Translations under genes and position numbers: made by a program | NCBI GenBank assembly: GCA_033762115.1 | Contig: JANRLX010000031.1 | Span: 1 to 47,557 of the forward strand | DNA from: Verrucomicrobiota bacterium | GTDB taxonomy: Bacteria; Verrucomicrobiota; Verrucomicrobiia; Limisphaerales; SXQI01 | Direction: 5' to 3' | Length of the DNA: 47,557 nt | Part shown: positions 26,645 through 37,399 of the stretch, piece after piece | Layout: every line of letters starts with the position of its first letter | How positions within the stretch are numbered: the first letter of the stretch is position 1 | Notes under the pieces: model-generated | The model's input: only the letters and a program-made list of their open reading frames with translations | Databases searched by the model: none | What the model was told of the DNA's origin: nothing

Positions 26645-27292
26645 ATGATAGGCTTGTTAGGCAAAAAACTGGGTCAAACCAGCGTTTACGACAGCAAGGG
26701 AAATTTAATCCCTGTTACTGTGGTGCTCGCCGGGCCCAATCGCGTCATCCAAACCAAATCGGTTGAAACTGACGGTTACAAGGCGGTCCAACTCGGGTTT
26801 GATGATCAAAGCGAGAAACGGCTGACCAAAGCCGAGCTCGGTCACGTCAAAAAATTCAGCGCCGCTCCAGTTAAACGGATCAAGGAATTCCGCGATTTCA
26901 CTCTTGAAGTCAAAGCTGGAGACATCGTGGGACCAAATATCTTTGCCCAGGGCGACTTTGTTGACGCAATTGGCCTTACCAAAGGCCGTGGTTTTGAAGG
27001 TGTGGTCAAACGCCATCATTTCCGTGGCGGTGATATGACTCACGGCGCCAAAGGATGGCATCGCCGTAGTGGCGCCATCGGTCAGCGTCTCTTTCCCGGC
27101 ACAGTCATGAGAGGGATGAAGATGCCCGGTCACATGGGGCAGGTCCGGCGGACAGTTCAGAATCTGGAAGTGATCCAGGTTCGTGAATCTGAAAACCTGA
27201 TCCTGATCAAAGGTGCGATTCCTGGATCCAAGGGCGATTACGTCGTGATCCGTGAATCCAAAAAATATCCAAAACAAGCCGCCAAGAAGTAA
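26645..27292 (+). CDS. rplC: 50S ribosomal protein L3
   Basis: GKKLG.T, KGRGF.G.VKRH, GMKMPGHMG. Confidence 0.98.
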   Translation: MIGLLGKKLGQTSVYDSKGNLIPVTVVLAGPNRVIQTKSVETDGYKAVQLGFDDQSEKRLTKAELGHVKKFSAAPVKRIKEFRDFTLEVKAGDIVGPNIFAQGDFVDAIGLTKGRGFEGVVKRHHFRGGDMTHGAKGWHRRSGAIGQRLFPGTVMRGMKMPGHMGQVRRTVQNLEVIQVRESENLILIKGAIPGSKGDYVVIRESKKYPKQAAKK

Positions 27293-27304
27293 GGAAAGGC
27301 AGCC

Positions 27305-27940
27305 ATGAAATTGACGGTTAAGAATTTAAAAGATAACAGCCAGCAGGAGATTGATTTCCAATTCCCCCTGGTTGAAGGCGGCAAGGGCAACCAGGCTGTC
27401 CATGACACTGTGGTGGCCTATATGGCTGCCCAGCGCAGCGGCACCGCATGCACCAAAACCATGGGTGACGTCGCCGGTACCGGCAAGAAGCCCTGGCGGC
27501 AAAAGGGAACCGGTCGCGCTCGCGCAGGTTCTTTCGCTTCCCCTCTCTGGCGCGGTGGTGGTGTGGTTTTCGGCCCGAAACCTCGTGATTTTTCAAAGAA
27601 AGTCAGCAAAACCACACGCCAACTCGCGTTGCGCAAGGCTTTGACTGAACGGTTGCAGGCTGGGGATGTTCTGGTTATTGAAGAAATCAAACTGGAAAAC
27701 CCAAAGACAAAGACATTCATCAATGTGCTGGATAGCCTGGACATTGTGGGAACAACATTGCTGGTTTCCAGCGAGCGGGATGAGAATTTGTCTCTGGCTT
27801 CCCGCAACGTCTGGAATTTCGAGCTGACAACCAGTGAAGATCTGAATACCTACCAGGTTCTTCGTTACGACAAACTGGTTTTCACCCGTGGAGCCCTCGA
27901 AAAGGTCAAATCACGCCTCTCCTCAAACGAACAGGCATAA
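27305..27940 (+). CDS. rplD: 50S ribosomal protein L4
   Basis: KKPWRQKGTGRARAGS, GGGVVFGPKPR. Confidence 0.98.
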   Translation: MKLTVKNLKDNSQQEIDFQFPLVEGGKGNQAVHDTVVAYMAAQRSGTACTKTMGDVAGTGKKPWRQKGTGRARAGSFASPLWRGGGVVFGPKPRDFSKKVSKTTRQLALRKALTERLQAGDVLVIEEIKLENPKTKTFINVLDSLDIVGTTLLVSSERDENLSLASRNVWNFELTTSEDLNTYQVLRYDKLVFTRGALEKVKSRLSSNEQA

Positions 27941-27951
27941 CCGAGACTCAC

Positions 27952-28233
27952 ATGAATTATTTTGATGTCATCAAGACGGTTCGCCTGACTGAAAAAGGCT
28001 CAACCCAAAGCGACCGGTTCAACCAGTACACCGTCATCGCGGACAAGCGGGCCAACAAGGTTCAAATCCGTCAGGCAGTGGAACAACTGTTCAAGGTCAA
28101 GGTCACTCGCGTGAACACCCTCAATGTGCGCGGCAAGGCGCGTCGTCAACGGACCAGCCAGGCCGGTGAAACCAGCGCCTGGAAAAAGGCCCTAGTGACC
28201 CTGAAAGAAGGGGATAAAATCAGCCTCACATAA
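27952..28233 (+). CDS. rplW: 50S ribosomal protein L23
   Basis: TEK, ANK..IRQAVE.LF.VKV..VNT, WKKA.VTL. Confidence 0.98.
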   Translation: MNYFDVIKTVRLTEKGSTQSDRFNQYTVIADKRANKVQIRQAVEQLFKVKVTRVNTLNVRGKARRQRTSQAGETSAWKKALVTLKEGDKISLT

Positions 28234-28241
28234 GAATTTGT

Positions 28242-29087
28242 ATGCCAGTCAGAAGCTATAGACCACTTACTCCTTCAACACGCTACATCACCGTCGCGTC
28301 TTATGAGGAGATCACAAAATCCAAGCCCGAGAAGAGCCTTGTCTTTATCCGGAAAAAAACCGGGGGCCGCAACTCCTATGGAAGAGTGACCAGCCGTGGT
28401 ATCGGCCAGGGGCACAAGCAGAAAATCCGCAACGTGGATTTCAAACGGAACAAGTTCGGAGTGGAAGCAAAGGTGACCGCCATCGAATATGATCCGATCC
28501 GCACAGCGCGATTGGCTCTCCTGACTTACAAGGATGGCGAAAAGGCCTATATCATCGCACCGGTCGGATTACAGGTTGGCGCCACGTTGACCAGTGGCCC
28601 TACCGCTGCTCCTGATGTCGGCAATTCATTGCCGCTCAAGAATGTTCCGATTGGTTTGTCAATTCACAACATCGAGTTGACTCCGGGCAAAGGTGGGCAG
28701 ATTGTTCGCTCCGCCGGATCCTCGGCTACGCTGATGTCACGTGATGAAGGATATGCGCAAGTGCGTCTTCCTTCCGGTGAAATCCGCCGGATCAATGAAA
28801 ATTGTTACGCCACAATTGGTCAGGTCGGCAATACCGAGCATGAAAATGTCATCCTGGGCAAGGCAGGCCGTGCTCGTCATCGTGGGATTCGCCCTCTGAG
28901 CCGTGGTGTTGCCAAGAATCCGGTGGACCATCCAATGGGTGGTGGCGCCGGTAAAACCTCTGGTGGCGGACATCCTGTCACTCCCTGGGGTGTCATCACC
29001 AAGGGATATAAAACCCGCAAAAAATATAAAGATTCAAACCGATTTATTGTCGTGCGCCGAGATGGTCGCCCGATGAAGCAAGCCTAA
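28242..29087 (+). CDS. rplB: 50S ribosomal protein L2
   Basis: [22 protein letters not shown]. Confidence 0.99.
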   Translation: MPVRSYRPLTPSTRYITVASYEEITKSKPEKSLVFIRKKTGGRNSYGRVTSRGIGQGHKQKIRNVDFKRNKFGVEAKVTAIEYDPIRTARLALLTYKDGEKAYIIAPVGLQVGATLTSGPTAAPDVGNSLPLKNVPIGLSIHNIELTPGKGGQIVRSAGSSATLMSRDEGYAQVRLPSGEIRRINENCYATIGQVGNTEHENVILGKAGRARHRGIRPLSRGVAKNPVDHPMGGGAGKTSGGGHPVTPWGVITKGYKTRKKYKDSNRFIVVRRDGRPMKQA

Positions 29088-29091
29088 GTGT

Positions 29092-29373
29092 ATGGGACGC
29101 TCGATTAAAAAAGGTCCGTTTGTTGACGGCCATTTGTTGGATAAAATTGCCAAGCTGAATGCAGCTGGCTCGAAGAAGCCGATCAAAACCTGGTCGCGCC
29201 GCTCCATGATTACGCCTGATTTCGTGGGACATACCTTCAACGTTCATAACGGCAAGGTATTCAACCCTGTTTTCGTCACTGAAAACATGGTCGGCCATCG
29301 TCTGGGTGAATTTTCCCTGACACGAACCTTCAAGAAACACGGCGCTCACACCGCCAAAGCGGAAGCGAAGTAG
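29092..29373 (+). CDS. rpsS: 30S ribosomal protein S19
   Basis: [25 protein letters not shown]. Confidence 0.99.
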   Translation: MGRSIKKGPFVDGHLLDKIAKLNAAGSKKPIKTWSRRSMITPDFVGHTFNVHNGKVFNPVFVTENMVGHRLGEFSLTRTFKKHGAHTAKAEAK

Positions 29374-29376
29374 CCT

Positions 29377-29709
29377 ATGGAAGTTCAAGCCATTACAAAG
29401 AACATCCGAATGTCCGCGCAAAAAATGCGCGAGGTCGTTCGCCAGATTCAGGGGTTGCCCGCCCAACAGGCAGTCGCCGTGCTCAAGGTGGTTCCTCGCA
29501 AATCCGCACGGGTTGTTGCCAAGACGCTGAAGTCAGCCATTGCCAATGCGGAAAACAACAACAATTTGAACCCTGCCAATTTGGTGGTAAAATCTGCGGT
29601 CGCTGGCACTGCCACCACCTTGAAACGGGTGATTCCAAAGGCGCGTGGATCGATGGGCCCGATCCTTAAGCGCAGTTGCCACGTTAAAATCGTTTTATCC
29701 GACAGCTAA
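29377..29709 (+). CDS. rplV: 50S ribosomal protein L22
   Basis: SAIANAENN, PKARG, KRSCH; operon position. Confidence 0.97.
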   Translation: MEVQAITKNIRMSAQKMREVVRQIQGLPAQQAVAVLKVVPRKSARVVAKTLKSAIANAENNNNLNPANLVVKSAVAGTATTLKRVIPKARGSMGPILKRSCHVKIVLSDS

Positions 29710-29713
29710 GAGT

Positions 29714-30418
29714 ATGGGACAAAAGACCAATCCAATCGGCCTTCGCGTCGCCGTCACCAAAGACTGGCGCTCCAAGTGGTATTCCGACAAAAAGGAATTT
29801 GGCAAGCTCCTTGCCGAAGACCGCAAAATCCGCGAGATTCTTAAAAAGAAACTGGAATCGGCCTCCGTGCCAAAAATCCAGATCGAACGCGCCGCCACCC
29901 GCTGTCGTATTACCATTTTTACTGCCCGTCCCGGCGTTGTCATCGGCCGCAAAGGCGCGGAAATTGACAAGCTCAAGGAAGAATTGAGCAAAATGACCGG
30001 CAAGGAAATTTACGTGGACATCCAGGAAGTCAAGAGTCCTGAGATCGATGCGCAATTGGTCGCTGAAAACATTGCCCTTCAGTTGGAACGCCGTATCTCC
30101 TTCCGCCGCGCCATGAAAAAGGCCGTGCAGGTGGCGATGGATTTCAAGGCTGACGGCATCAAAATCCGTTGCGCCGGTCGCCTCGGCGGAGCTGAGCTGG
30201 CCCGTGTTGAAACCTACCATGAAGGCCGAGTCCCACTGCACACCCTTCGTGCGAATATTGATTTTGGGTTTGCCGAAGCCAATACCGTTTACGGCAAGCT
30301 GGGAATCAAATGCTGGATTTGCAAGGGCGAATTCAAACCTGAAGACAAAGAAAAGCAGGCTCGCGAACGCCAGGAAGCCGCAGCCGCACAAAGCGCAACC
30401 CCCGCAACCCAGGGTTAG
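29714..30418 (+). CDS. rpsC: 30S ribosomal protein S3
   Basis: MGQKTNPIGLR (ATG 29714), RPGVVIGRKG, VPLHTLRA. Confidence 0.98.
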   Translation: MGQKTNPIGLRVAVTKDWRSKWYSDKKEFGKLLAEDRKIREILKKKLESASVPKIQIERAATRCRITIFTARPGVVIGRKGAEIDKLKEELSKMTGKEIYVDIQEVKSPEIDAQLVAENIALQLERRISFRRAMKKAVQVAMDFKADGIKIRCAGRLGGAELARVETYHEGRVPLHTLRANIDFGFAEANTVYGKLGIKCWICKGEFKPEDKEKQARERQEAAAAQSATPATQG

Positions 30419-30451
30419 TCGAAACGCAATTTTTAGCAGAGGATTTTTCGT

Positions 30452-30871
30452 ATGCCAATGATGCCAGCAAGAGTGAAGTACCGCAAAATGCAGCGCGGCG
30501 CCCGTCGTGGTCTGGCCACGCGCGGCCAGACAGTTGCATTCGGCGAGTATGGATTGCAGGCGCTCGAACGCTGCTGGATGGATACCAAGCAGATCGAAGC
30601 AGCCCGTGTTGCGATCACCCGCTACATGAAACGACGTGGCAAGGTATGGATCCGCATCTTTCCGGACAAATCGTTTACCAAAAAACCGTTGGAAGTCCGA
30701 ATGGGTACCGGTAAAGGCGGTGTCGAATCATGGGTGGCGGTCATTCGCCCCGCAAACGTGCTGTTTGAAGTGGATGGCGTTCCGGAGGCAGTTGCTCGCG
30801 AAGGCATGCGCCTGGCGGCAGACAAGCTGCCGATCAAAACCAAATTCATTTCCCGACATCAACTGTCATAG
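30452..30871 (+). CDS. rplP: 50S ribosomal protein L16
   Basis: KYRK..RG, FGEYGL, IEAAR, RMG.GKG. Confidence 0.98.
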   Translation: MPMMPARVKYRKMQRGARRGLATRGQTVAFGEYGLQALERCWMDTKQIEAARVAITRYMKRRGKVWIRIFPDKSFTKKPLEVRMGTGKGGVESWVAVIRPANVLFEVDGVPEAVAREGMRLAADKLPIKTKFISRHQLS

Positions 30872-30883
30872 GAATTTAGAGCG

Positions 30884-31081
30884 ATGAGCAAGAACCAGTT
30901 TAAAGATTTAACCGCCACCGAGCTGTCCGCCAAAGGGCGCGACCTCCGGCAGGAGATGTTTAATCTCCGTTTGCAACAGGCCACAAGCCAGTTGGAAAAA
31001 CCATCACGGCTGCGTGAACTGCGCAAGGATATTGCCCGGATCGAAACTCAATTATCCGTCCTGAGAAAGAAAACTGCCTAA
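30884..31081 (+). CDS. rpmC: 50S ribosomal protein L29
   Basis: FNLRLQ, RKDIARI.T. Confidence 0.97.
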   Translation: MSKNQFKDLTATELSAKGRDLRQEMFNLRLQQATSQLEKPSRLRELRKDIARIETQLSVLRKKTA

Positions 31082-31084
31082 GTT

Positions 31085-31378
31085 ATGTCCGAACCGATTC
31101 AAGAACGCAGCCAGCGCAAAGAACGCACCGGCGATGTCATCTCCAACAAGATGAACAAGACAATCGTCGTCCGGGTGGAACGCCGTTTTCGTCACCCTCA
31201 GTTCAAGAAAGTGGTTACCCAGTACCGCAAATTTTACGCTCACGATGAGAAGAATGAAGCCAGAGTTGGTGACATCGTTCGCATTGAGGAGACCCGCCCG
31301 CTTTCCAAGATGAAATCATGGCGGTTGGTCAAAGTCGTTGAGCGCAACGAGGAAGCTGCCGCTCCAGTGGCCGGTTAA
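31085..31378 (+). CDS. rpsQ: 30S ribosomal protein S17
   Basis: [22 protein letters not shown]. Confidence 0.98.
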   Translation: MSEPIQERSQRKERTGDVISNKMNKTIVVRVERRFRHPQFKKVVTQYRKFYAHDEKNEARVGDIVRIEETRPLSKMKSWRLVKVVERNEEAAAPVAG

Positions 31379-31393
31379 TAGAGAAGGATACCT

Positions 31394-31759
31394 ATGTTGC
31401 AAGTCCGTTCCATTTTAGATGTGGCCGATAACACCGGCGCAAAACGCGCCGCCACAATCGGGGTCATTGGTCGCAACCAGCGTTATGCCGAAGTCGGCGA
31501 TGTGATCAAGGCCCACATCAAGGAAGCTGCCCCCGATGGGACAGTCAAAAAAGGTGATGTGGTCAACGCTGTCATCGTGCGGACTCGCAAGGCGATTCGT
31601 CGTGCTGACGGTTCCTACCTCCGTTTTGATTCGAACGCCATCGTAATTATTGATAAGGAAAACAATCCGCGCGGGACTCGCATTTTCGGGCCGGTCGCGC
31701 GTGAGCTTCGTGACAAAAAGTTCATGAAGATTATCTCCCTTGCCCCGGAAGTTATTTGA
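31394..31759 (+). CDS. rplN: 50S ribosomal protein L14
   Basis: [26 protein letters not shown]. Confidence 0.99.
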   Translation: MLQVRSILDVADNTGAKRAATIGVIGRNQRYAEVGDVIKAHIKEAAPDGTVKKGDVVNAVIVRTRKAIRRADGSYLRFDSNAIVIIDKENNPRGTRIFGPVARELRDKKFMKIISLAPEVI

Positions 31760-31775
31760 TTTGGTTACTGAAATT

Positions 31776-32051
31776 ATGGCCCAGGCACATGTAAAAAAAG
31801 GCGACGAAGTGGTCGTGATCGCCGGGACTGAACGCGGCAAACGCGGTCGTGTCATCAGCGTGATCAAGAGCAAGGATCGTGTCATCGTCGAAGGCGTGAA
31901 AATGATCAAGCGCCACACCAGAAAGAACCAGCAGAACCCCAACGGCGCGATCGTCGAACGGGAAGGTTCCATGCACATGTCCAATGTGATGAAAGCGGAA
32001 CGCTTTGATCAACGCGCCTCCAAACGCGGTAAGACCACCGCCACCGCCTGA
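31776..32051 (+). CDS. rplX: 50S ribosomal protein L24
   Basis: KKGDEV.VIAG..GK.G KOW motif, H.SNV; ATG at 31776. Confidence 0.97.
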   Translation: MAQAHVKKGDEVVVIAGTERGKRGRVISVIKSKDRVIVEGVKMIKRHTRKNQQNPNGAIVEREGSMHMSNVMKAERFDQRASKRGKTTATA

Positions 32052-32062
32052 TTTGAGGAAGT

Positions 32063-32608
32063 ATGAAATCCCGTCTTTTTGACAAATATCAGAACGAAGT
32101 AAAACCGGCGCTCCAGGAAAAGCGCAAATACGTGAACGTTCACCAGATTCCCAGAATGACGAAAATCGTCATTAACATGGGCGTGAGCGCATCCCTGGAA
32201 AAAGCTGCTGTGGATGATGCCGTCAAGGATCTGACCATGATCACCGGCCGGAAGCCTGTCATCAACAAATCCCGCAAAAGCATCGCCAATTTCAAACTCC
32301 GCCAGGGACAGGCCATTGGTTGTCACGTCACCCTGCGTCGTGAAGTGATGTACGAATTTTTTGATCGCCTCGTGGCGGCAGCCCTGCCACGTATCCGTGA
32401 TTTTCGCGGGGTTTCCCGCCGCGCCTTTGATGGACGCGGAAACTACTCCCTCGGCATCTCGGATCAAACAATCTTTCCTGAAATTGAACTGGATAAAATC
32501 AAGCGGCAGCAGGGAATGGACATCACCATCGTCACCACTGCCCAAACCAATGAGGAAGCATTGGAGCTGCTGAAGCTCATGGGAATGCCGTTTGCGGAAG
32601 CTCGATAA
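32063..32608 (+). CDS. rplE: 50S ribosomal protein L5
   Basis: [27 protein letters not shown]. Confidence 0.99.
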   Translation: MKSRLFDKYQNEVKPALQEKRKYVNVHQIPRMTKIVINMGVSASLEKAAVDDAVKDLTMITGRKPVINKSRKSIANFKLRQGQAIGCHVTLRREVMYEFFDRLVAAALPRIRDFRGVSRRAFDGRGNYSLGISDQTIFPEIELDKIKRQQGMDITIVTTAQTNEEALELLKLMGMPFAEAR

Positions 32609-32622
32609 TTTAAAGAACTGAT

Positions 32623-32892
32623 ATGGCTAAAACAGCATGGTTGGAGCGCAATAAAAAGAAGCGCGAAACCGTTAAAAAATACGCAGCCCTACGCGCTGAA
32701 CTGAAGGCCCGGAAAGATTACGCCGGCCTTTCCAAGCTTCCGCGCAACGCCAGCCCCACCCGCGTGGTCAACCGTTGCTCGATGAGTGGACGCCGCCGTG
32801 GCTATTTGCGCAAATTTGCCTGCTCACGCCTTACATTCCGTGAAGCAGCTTTAAATGGATTGATCCCTGGAATAACAAAGGCGAGCTGGTAA
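32623..32892 (+). CDS. rpsN: 30S ribosomal protein S14 (89 aa, degenerate Zn ribbon)
   Basis: [22 protein letters not shown]. Confidence 0.98.
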   Translation: MAKTAWLERNKKKRETVKKYAALRAELKARKDYAGLSKLPRNASPTRVVNRCSMSGRRRGYLRKFACSRLTFREAALNGLIPGITKASW

Positions 32893-32893
32893 T

Positions 32894-33280
32894 ATGAGTG
32901 ACGCAATTTCTGATATGCTCACGCGGATTCGCAATGCCAACGCGGCGTTGCTTCCCGAAGTGCAGCTCGATCATTCCATCATGAAGGAAAGTATTGCCCA
33001 GATCCTCAAGCGTGAAGGTTACATCGCGGATGTGAGTGTGGAAGGCAAGCCGCTCAAAAAACTCAAGCTGAAGCTTAAATATCAAGGTCGCAAAGGTGTG
33101 ATCGTCGGCCTGCGCCGCGTCAGCAGCCCTGGTTTGCGCCGTTATGTTGGTTCCACCGAAATCCCCCGGGTGCTCGGCGGAATGGGTGTCGCCATCCTCT
33201 CGACCCCTCGTGGAATTTTAACTGGCCTGGAAGCCCGGAAACAAAACGTGGGCGGAGAACTTCTCTGCTTTGTTTGGTAA
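32894..33280 (+). CDS. rpsH: 30S ribosomal protein S8
   Basis: DMLTRIRNA, S.PG.R.Y, GGE.LC.VW. Confidence 0.99.
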   Translation: MSDAISDMLTRIRNANAALLPEVQLDHSIMKESIAQILKREGYIADVSVEGKPLKKLKLKLKYQGRKGVIVGLRRVSSPGLRRYVGSTEIPRVLGGMGVAILSTPRGILTGLEARKQNVGGELLCFVW

Positions 33281-33292
33281 ATCATTTGTTTT

Positions 33293-33829
33293 ATGTCACG
33301 CATCGGTAAAATCCCTGTTGCCATCCCTGCAAAGGTCAAGGTTGAGATCAAAGGCCAACGCTTTTCCGCGGAAGGCCCCAAAGGCAAGCTCGAATTCGAA
33401 CTGCCCAAACGCACCTCGGCCAAGGTTGAGAACAACCTCGTCACAGTCAGCCGCCAGGGTGAAGATGCAGAGGCCAAGTCCCTTCACGGCCTGGCCCGCT
33501 CCCTTGTCAATAACATGATCAAGGGTGTCAACGAAGGGTTCGTCAAAAAATTGGAAATCCAGGGTGTCGGTTTCAAGGCCGCCGTCCAGGGCAAGAACAT
33601 CAACCTCAGCCTGGGCTATTCACATCCCATTCTTTATCCGATTCCTGACCAGATCAAAGTGACGATTGAAGAAAACACCAAATTAACCATTGAAGGGCCG
33701 AGCAAGGAAGTCGTTGGCTTGGTTGCTTCTGAAATTCGCAGTTACTACCCGCCTGAGCCTTACAAAGGCAAAGGAGTCCGTTACAGTGACGAAAAAGTCA
33801 TTCGAAAAGAGGGCAAAACTGTCCAATAA
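33293..33829 (+). CDS. rplF: 50S ribosomal protein L6
   Basis: MSRIGK.P, LGYSHP, PEPYKGKG. Confidence 0.99.
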   Translation: MSRIGKIPVAIPAKVKVEIKGQRFSAEGPKGKLEFELPKRTSAKVENNLVTVSRQGEDAEAKSLHGLARSLVNNMIKGVNEGFVKKLEIQGVGFKAAVQGKNINLSLGYSHPILYPIPDQIKVTIEENTKLTIEGPSKEVVGLVASEIRSYYPPEPYKGKGVRYSDEKVIRKEGKTVQ

Positions 33830-33878
33830 CCATTTAAACTGATTATCCGGCTACGGCAAAATCCGTGGCTGAAAGCAA

Positions 33879-34238
33879 ATGAGACTCGAGAAAAAATTAA
33901 AACTGCGGCGGGAGCGCCATCTGCGCCTGCGTAAAAAGGTGCATGGAACCAACGAACGGCCCCGCATGGCCGTGCGTTTTACCGGCAAAAATATTTACGT
34001 GCAGTTCATTGACGACGAAAAAGGGATGACCCTTGCCTCCGCCACCAGCCTTAGCAAGGGCAATGACGGGAAAAATGCTGCCAACACAGCAGGCGCTCAA
34101 CGTGTCGGCAAAGCCGCTGCGGAAGCTGCCAAGGGCAAAGGTATCGAAAAAGTCGTGTTTGACCGCTCGGGCGCCAAATATCATGGCAAAGTCAAAGCTT
34201 TGGCCGACGCAGCACGCGAAGCCGGCCTGCAATTCTAA
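33879..34238 (+). CDS. rplR: 50S ribosomal protein L18
   Basis: [25 protein letters not shown]. Confidence 0.98.
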   Translation: MRLEKKLKLRRERHLRLRKKVHGTNERPRMAVRFTGKNIYVQFIDDEKGMTLASATSLSKGNDGKNAANTAGAQRVGKAAAEAAKGKGIEKVVFDRSGAKYHGKVKALADAAREAGLQF

Positions 34239-34252
34239 ACTGGAGAACGATT

Positions 34253-34879
34253 GTGTCTGAAATAGCAAAAAATCCCCAAGATCAACGTGGCCAGGGCGGC
34301 CAGGGCGGAGGCGGCAGAGGTCGCGGTCCCCGTCGGTCCCGCAGCCCTGAAGGCCAGGAAGGTTTTTCCGATAAGGAAGGATCCGAATTAGTCGAGAAAG
34401 TGGTTTTCATTAACCGTTCCTCCAAAGTCGTCAAAGGCGGTCGCCGCTTTAGTTTCTCAGCCCTTGTGGTTGTGGGCGACAAAAAGGGGCGCGTGGGAAT
34501 CGGTCTCGGCAAAGCTGGTGAAGTGGCAGATGCCATTCGCAAGGGCAATGAAGATGCGCGCCAACGCATGGTCAACATTTCCCTGAACGAGACCACCATC
34601 CCCCATGAAATCACCTCCCATTATGGCGGTGCCCAGATTTTGTTGCGCCCTGCCTCGCCCGGAACAGGGATCATCGCCGGGAAAACAGTTCGCGCTGTTG
34701 TTGAATCTGCTGGTGTCAAGGACATCCTGAGCAAATCGCTCGGGTCCAAGAATGCCGCCAATGTCGCCAAGGCGACCTTGAAAGCCTTACAAAATCTTCG
34801 TTTGCGGGCTGATATCTACCGTGGCCGTGGTCTGGCAATTCGCCAGCCTGCTCCCGCTCCTGCAACAGTAACTGCTTAG
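34253..34879 (+). CDS. rpsE: 30S ribosomal protein S5 (Gly/Arg-rich N-terminal extension)
   Basis: [35 protein letters not shown]. Confidence 0.98.
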   Translation: MSEIAKNPQDQRGQGGQGGGGRGRGPRRSRSPEGQEGFSDKEGSELVEKVVFINRSSKVVKGGRRFSFSALVVVGDKKGRVGIGLGKAGEVADAIRKGNEDARQRMVNISLNETTIPHEITSHYGGAQILLRPASPGTGIIAGKTVRAVVESAGVKDILSKSLGSKNAANVAKATLKALQNLRLRADIYRGRGLAIRQPAPAPATVTA

Positions 34880-34886
34880 CACTGAT

Positions 34887-35354
34887 ATGCGTTTACATAA
34901 TTTAAAGCCGAACCCCGGCGCCAAACATCGTCGCAAACGTCTTGGCCAGGGCGAATCCAGCGGCCATGGAAAAACCTCCGGTCGTGGTGGCAAAGGTCAA
35001 AGCGCCCGTTCCGGCAGTTCCATTCGCCCCGGGTTTGAAGGTGGCCAGATGCCACTTATTCGCCGTATTCCAAAGCGTGGCTTCAGCAATGTTCGCCATG
35101 AGACACGCTACATCCCTGTCAATCTCGATGTCCTCAATCAATTTGATGATGGCGCTCGCGTGGATGAACCTGCATTGCGTTCCCTCGGATTGGCGAATGG
35201 CAAAGGGGCTGGAATCAAGATTCTCGGTACCGGCGAATTGAGCAAAAAACTGACCGTCTCTGCTCACGCCTTTAGCGCGACAGCCAGACAGAAAATCGAA
35301 AACAAGGGTGGCACGTGCGAAATTGCTGGTCCTCAGCAAAAGCCCGCTGCCTAA
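34887..35354 (+). CDS. rplO: 50S ribosomal protein L15
   Basis: GKTSGRG.KGQ, GFEGGQMPL.RR.PKRGF. Confidence 0.99.
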   Translation: MRLHNLKPNPGAKHRRKRLGQGESSGHGKTSGRGGKGQSARSGSSIRPGFEGGQMPLIRRIPKRGFSNVRHETRYIPVNLDVLNQFDDGARVDEPALRSLGLANGKGAGIKILGTGELSKKLTVSAHAFSATARQKIENKGGTCEIAGPQQKPAA

Positions 35355-35369
35355 GGAATTACTTCGCGC

Positions 35370-36749
35370 ATGCTTGGTGCCATAGCCAATACGTTTTCGA
35401 ACTGCTTTAAAATCCCCGAACTTAAATCGAGGATTATCTTTACCCTGCTGATCCTCGCGGTCTGCCGGGTCATTGCATTCATCCCTGTCCCAGGCCTGGA
35501 CGGGCATGCCCTGCAGGAGTGGTTCGATAAAAACGCTGGACAGCTCAGTGGATCTGTCCTCGGCACCTACAGCTTGTTTACCGGTGGTGCATTGCAAAAA
35601 TGTGCCATTGGCGCCCTTGGGATCATGCCCTACATCACGGCTTCCATCATCGTCCAGTTGTTGACCACCGTGGTTCCAAGCCTCGCCAAGCAGGCCCGTG
35701 AAGAAGGAGGCCGCGCCAACATCATTAAATTAAGTCGGTACATCACCGTTCTCTTGTGCCTCGGCCATGGAACACTCATGACCATCGGTTGGGAAAACCC
35801 AGGGACCCTTTTCAAGGGATTCACCGGCAACCTGGTTTTGGTGGACAACATCTGGTGGTACCGCATTCAAACCATCCTGATCCTCACTACAGGAACCATG
35901 TTGTTGATGTGGCTTGGCGAACAGATCACGGAACGCGGAATCGGCAATGGTATTTCACTTGTCATTACTGTCGGTATTGTGGCTGACCTGCCGATGGCCG
36001 CCCAGCAATTGACCACCATGTTCTTCCCGCCGGAAGGAGTTGACCGCCAATTCAATGGCTTCCACTTTATCGGCTTGGTGCTGTTGCTCCTGGCAGTTAC
36101 TGCCGGAGTGATTGCGGTCACACAGGCACAACGGAAAATTCCTGTTCAGTACGCCCAGCGTGCTGTCGGTCGCAAAGTTTATTCCGGCAGCAGTTCCTTC
36201 ATGCCACTTCGTGTCAACCATGCCGGTGTCATGCCGATCATTTTTGCTCAGGCCATCCTGATGTTCCCGGCAATGATTTTTGAAAAACTTGGGCAAATGA
36301 CCGGGTACCCATTTTTAACCAATATTGGCGTGGCGTTGAATAGCGGGCATTTGGCCTACTACATCCTTTACACCCTGATGATCCTCTTCTTCTCCTATTT
36401 CTGGGTTGCCACCCAGTTCAACGAACTTCAGATCTCTGATGACCTGAAAAAGCATGGTGGATATATCCCAGGCGTTCGACCCGGTCAGGCCACCAGCGAC
36501 TTTCTCCATCGCACCATGAGCCGCATTACTCTTGCGGGGGCCATTTTCCTGACATTGATTGCCTTGATTCCGATGCTGATGGGCCAGTTTTTCGGTATTG
36601 ACCAGTATGTGTCCCAGTTTTTTGGCGGCACCAGTATGCTGATCACCGTTGGTGTGGTGTTGGACACCATGCGCCAAATGGAAACCCATTTGTTAATGCG
36701 CCATTATGACGGCTTTTTGAAGAAGGGCAGGGTCAAAGGCCGGTTTTAA
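35370..36749 (+). CDS. secY: Preprotein translocase subunit SecY
   Basis: ALGIMPYITASII, WLGEQIT..GIGNGISL, GV.PIIFA, IPGVRPG. Confidence 0.99.
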   Translation: MLGAIANTFSNCFKIPELKSRIIFTLLILAVCRVIAFIPVPGLDGHALQEWFDKNAGQLSGSVLGTYSLFTGGALQKCAIGALGIMPYITASIIVQLLTTVVPSLAKQAREEGGRANIIKLSRYITVLLCLGHGTLMTIGWENPGTLFKGFTGNLVLVDNIWWYRIQTILILTTGTMLLMWLGEQITERGIGNGISLVITVGIVADLPMAAQQLTTMFFPPEGVDRQFNGFHFIGLVLLLLAVTAGVIAVTQAQRKIPVQYAQRAVGRKVYSGSSSFMPLRVNHAGVMPIIFAQAILMFPAMIFEKLGQMTGYPFLTNIGVALNSGHLAYYILYTLMILFFSYFWVATQFNELQISDDLKKHGGYIPGVRPGQATSDFLHRTMSRITLAGAIFLTLIALIPMLMGQFFGIDQYVSQFFGGTSMLITVGVVLDTMRQMETHLLMRHYDGFLKKGRVKGRF

Positions 36750-37399
36750 TGAAACGAAGAGTTGTGATGCTGGGGCCGCCCGGATGTGGCAAAGGCACCA
36801 TCGCAACAAAACTGGAAAATCATTTTGGATTGAAACATATCTCCTCCGGGCACTGGCTGCGGAGGGAAGTTCAATCCGGTTCTGAGTTTGGCAGGGAAAT
36901 CCAGGAGTTTCTGGATCATGGGCAGCTGGTGCCGGATCGGTTGGTCCTGGCCGCTTTGGAGCATTGGCTCACGAAAGCGGTTCTGCAGCAGGGATATATC
37001 CTGGATGGATTTCCCCGCACCAGGGCCCAGGCAGTGGCGTTCGACACGCTTTGCCTGGAATATGCCCTGCCGCTGGAACTGGTGCTGTATTGCAGCTGTC
37101 CGGATGAAGTGATTTTGGATCGGATCACCGGTCGTCGTGTGTGTCCGAGTTGCGGAAGAACGTATCATGTGCGACACTTTCCGCCCCGGTTTTCGGGAAA
37201 ATGTGACGTTTGTCACACTTTTCTGGAACAACGGTCGGATGATACGGAAAGCGTCGTGCGAGATCGCTTGAAAATATATAAACAGGAAACTGAACCTTTG
37301 GTTGAGTTTTATCAGTCACAGGGAAAGTTGGTTCTGCTGGATGCCGTCGCTGGTACAAGCACTGCGATCGGTCAGGGAATCAATGCGTTGATGTCATGA
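36749..37399 (+). CDS. adk: Adenylate kinase (Zn-lid type)
   Basis: GPPGCGKGT, LDGFPRT..QA, lid CPSC...CDVC, R.DD. Confidence 0.93.
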   Translation: MKRRVVMLGPPGCGKGTIATKLENHFGLKHISSGHWLRREVQSGSEFGREIQEFLDHGQLVPDRLVLAALEHWLTKAVLQQGYILDGFPRTRAQAVAFDTLCLEYALPLELVLYCSCPDEVILDRITGRRVCPSCGRTYHVRHFPPRFSGKCDVCHTFLEQRSDDTESVVRDRLKIYKQETEPLVEFYQSQGKLVLLDAVAGTSTAIGQGINALMS

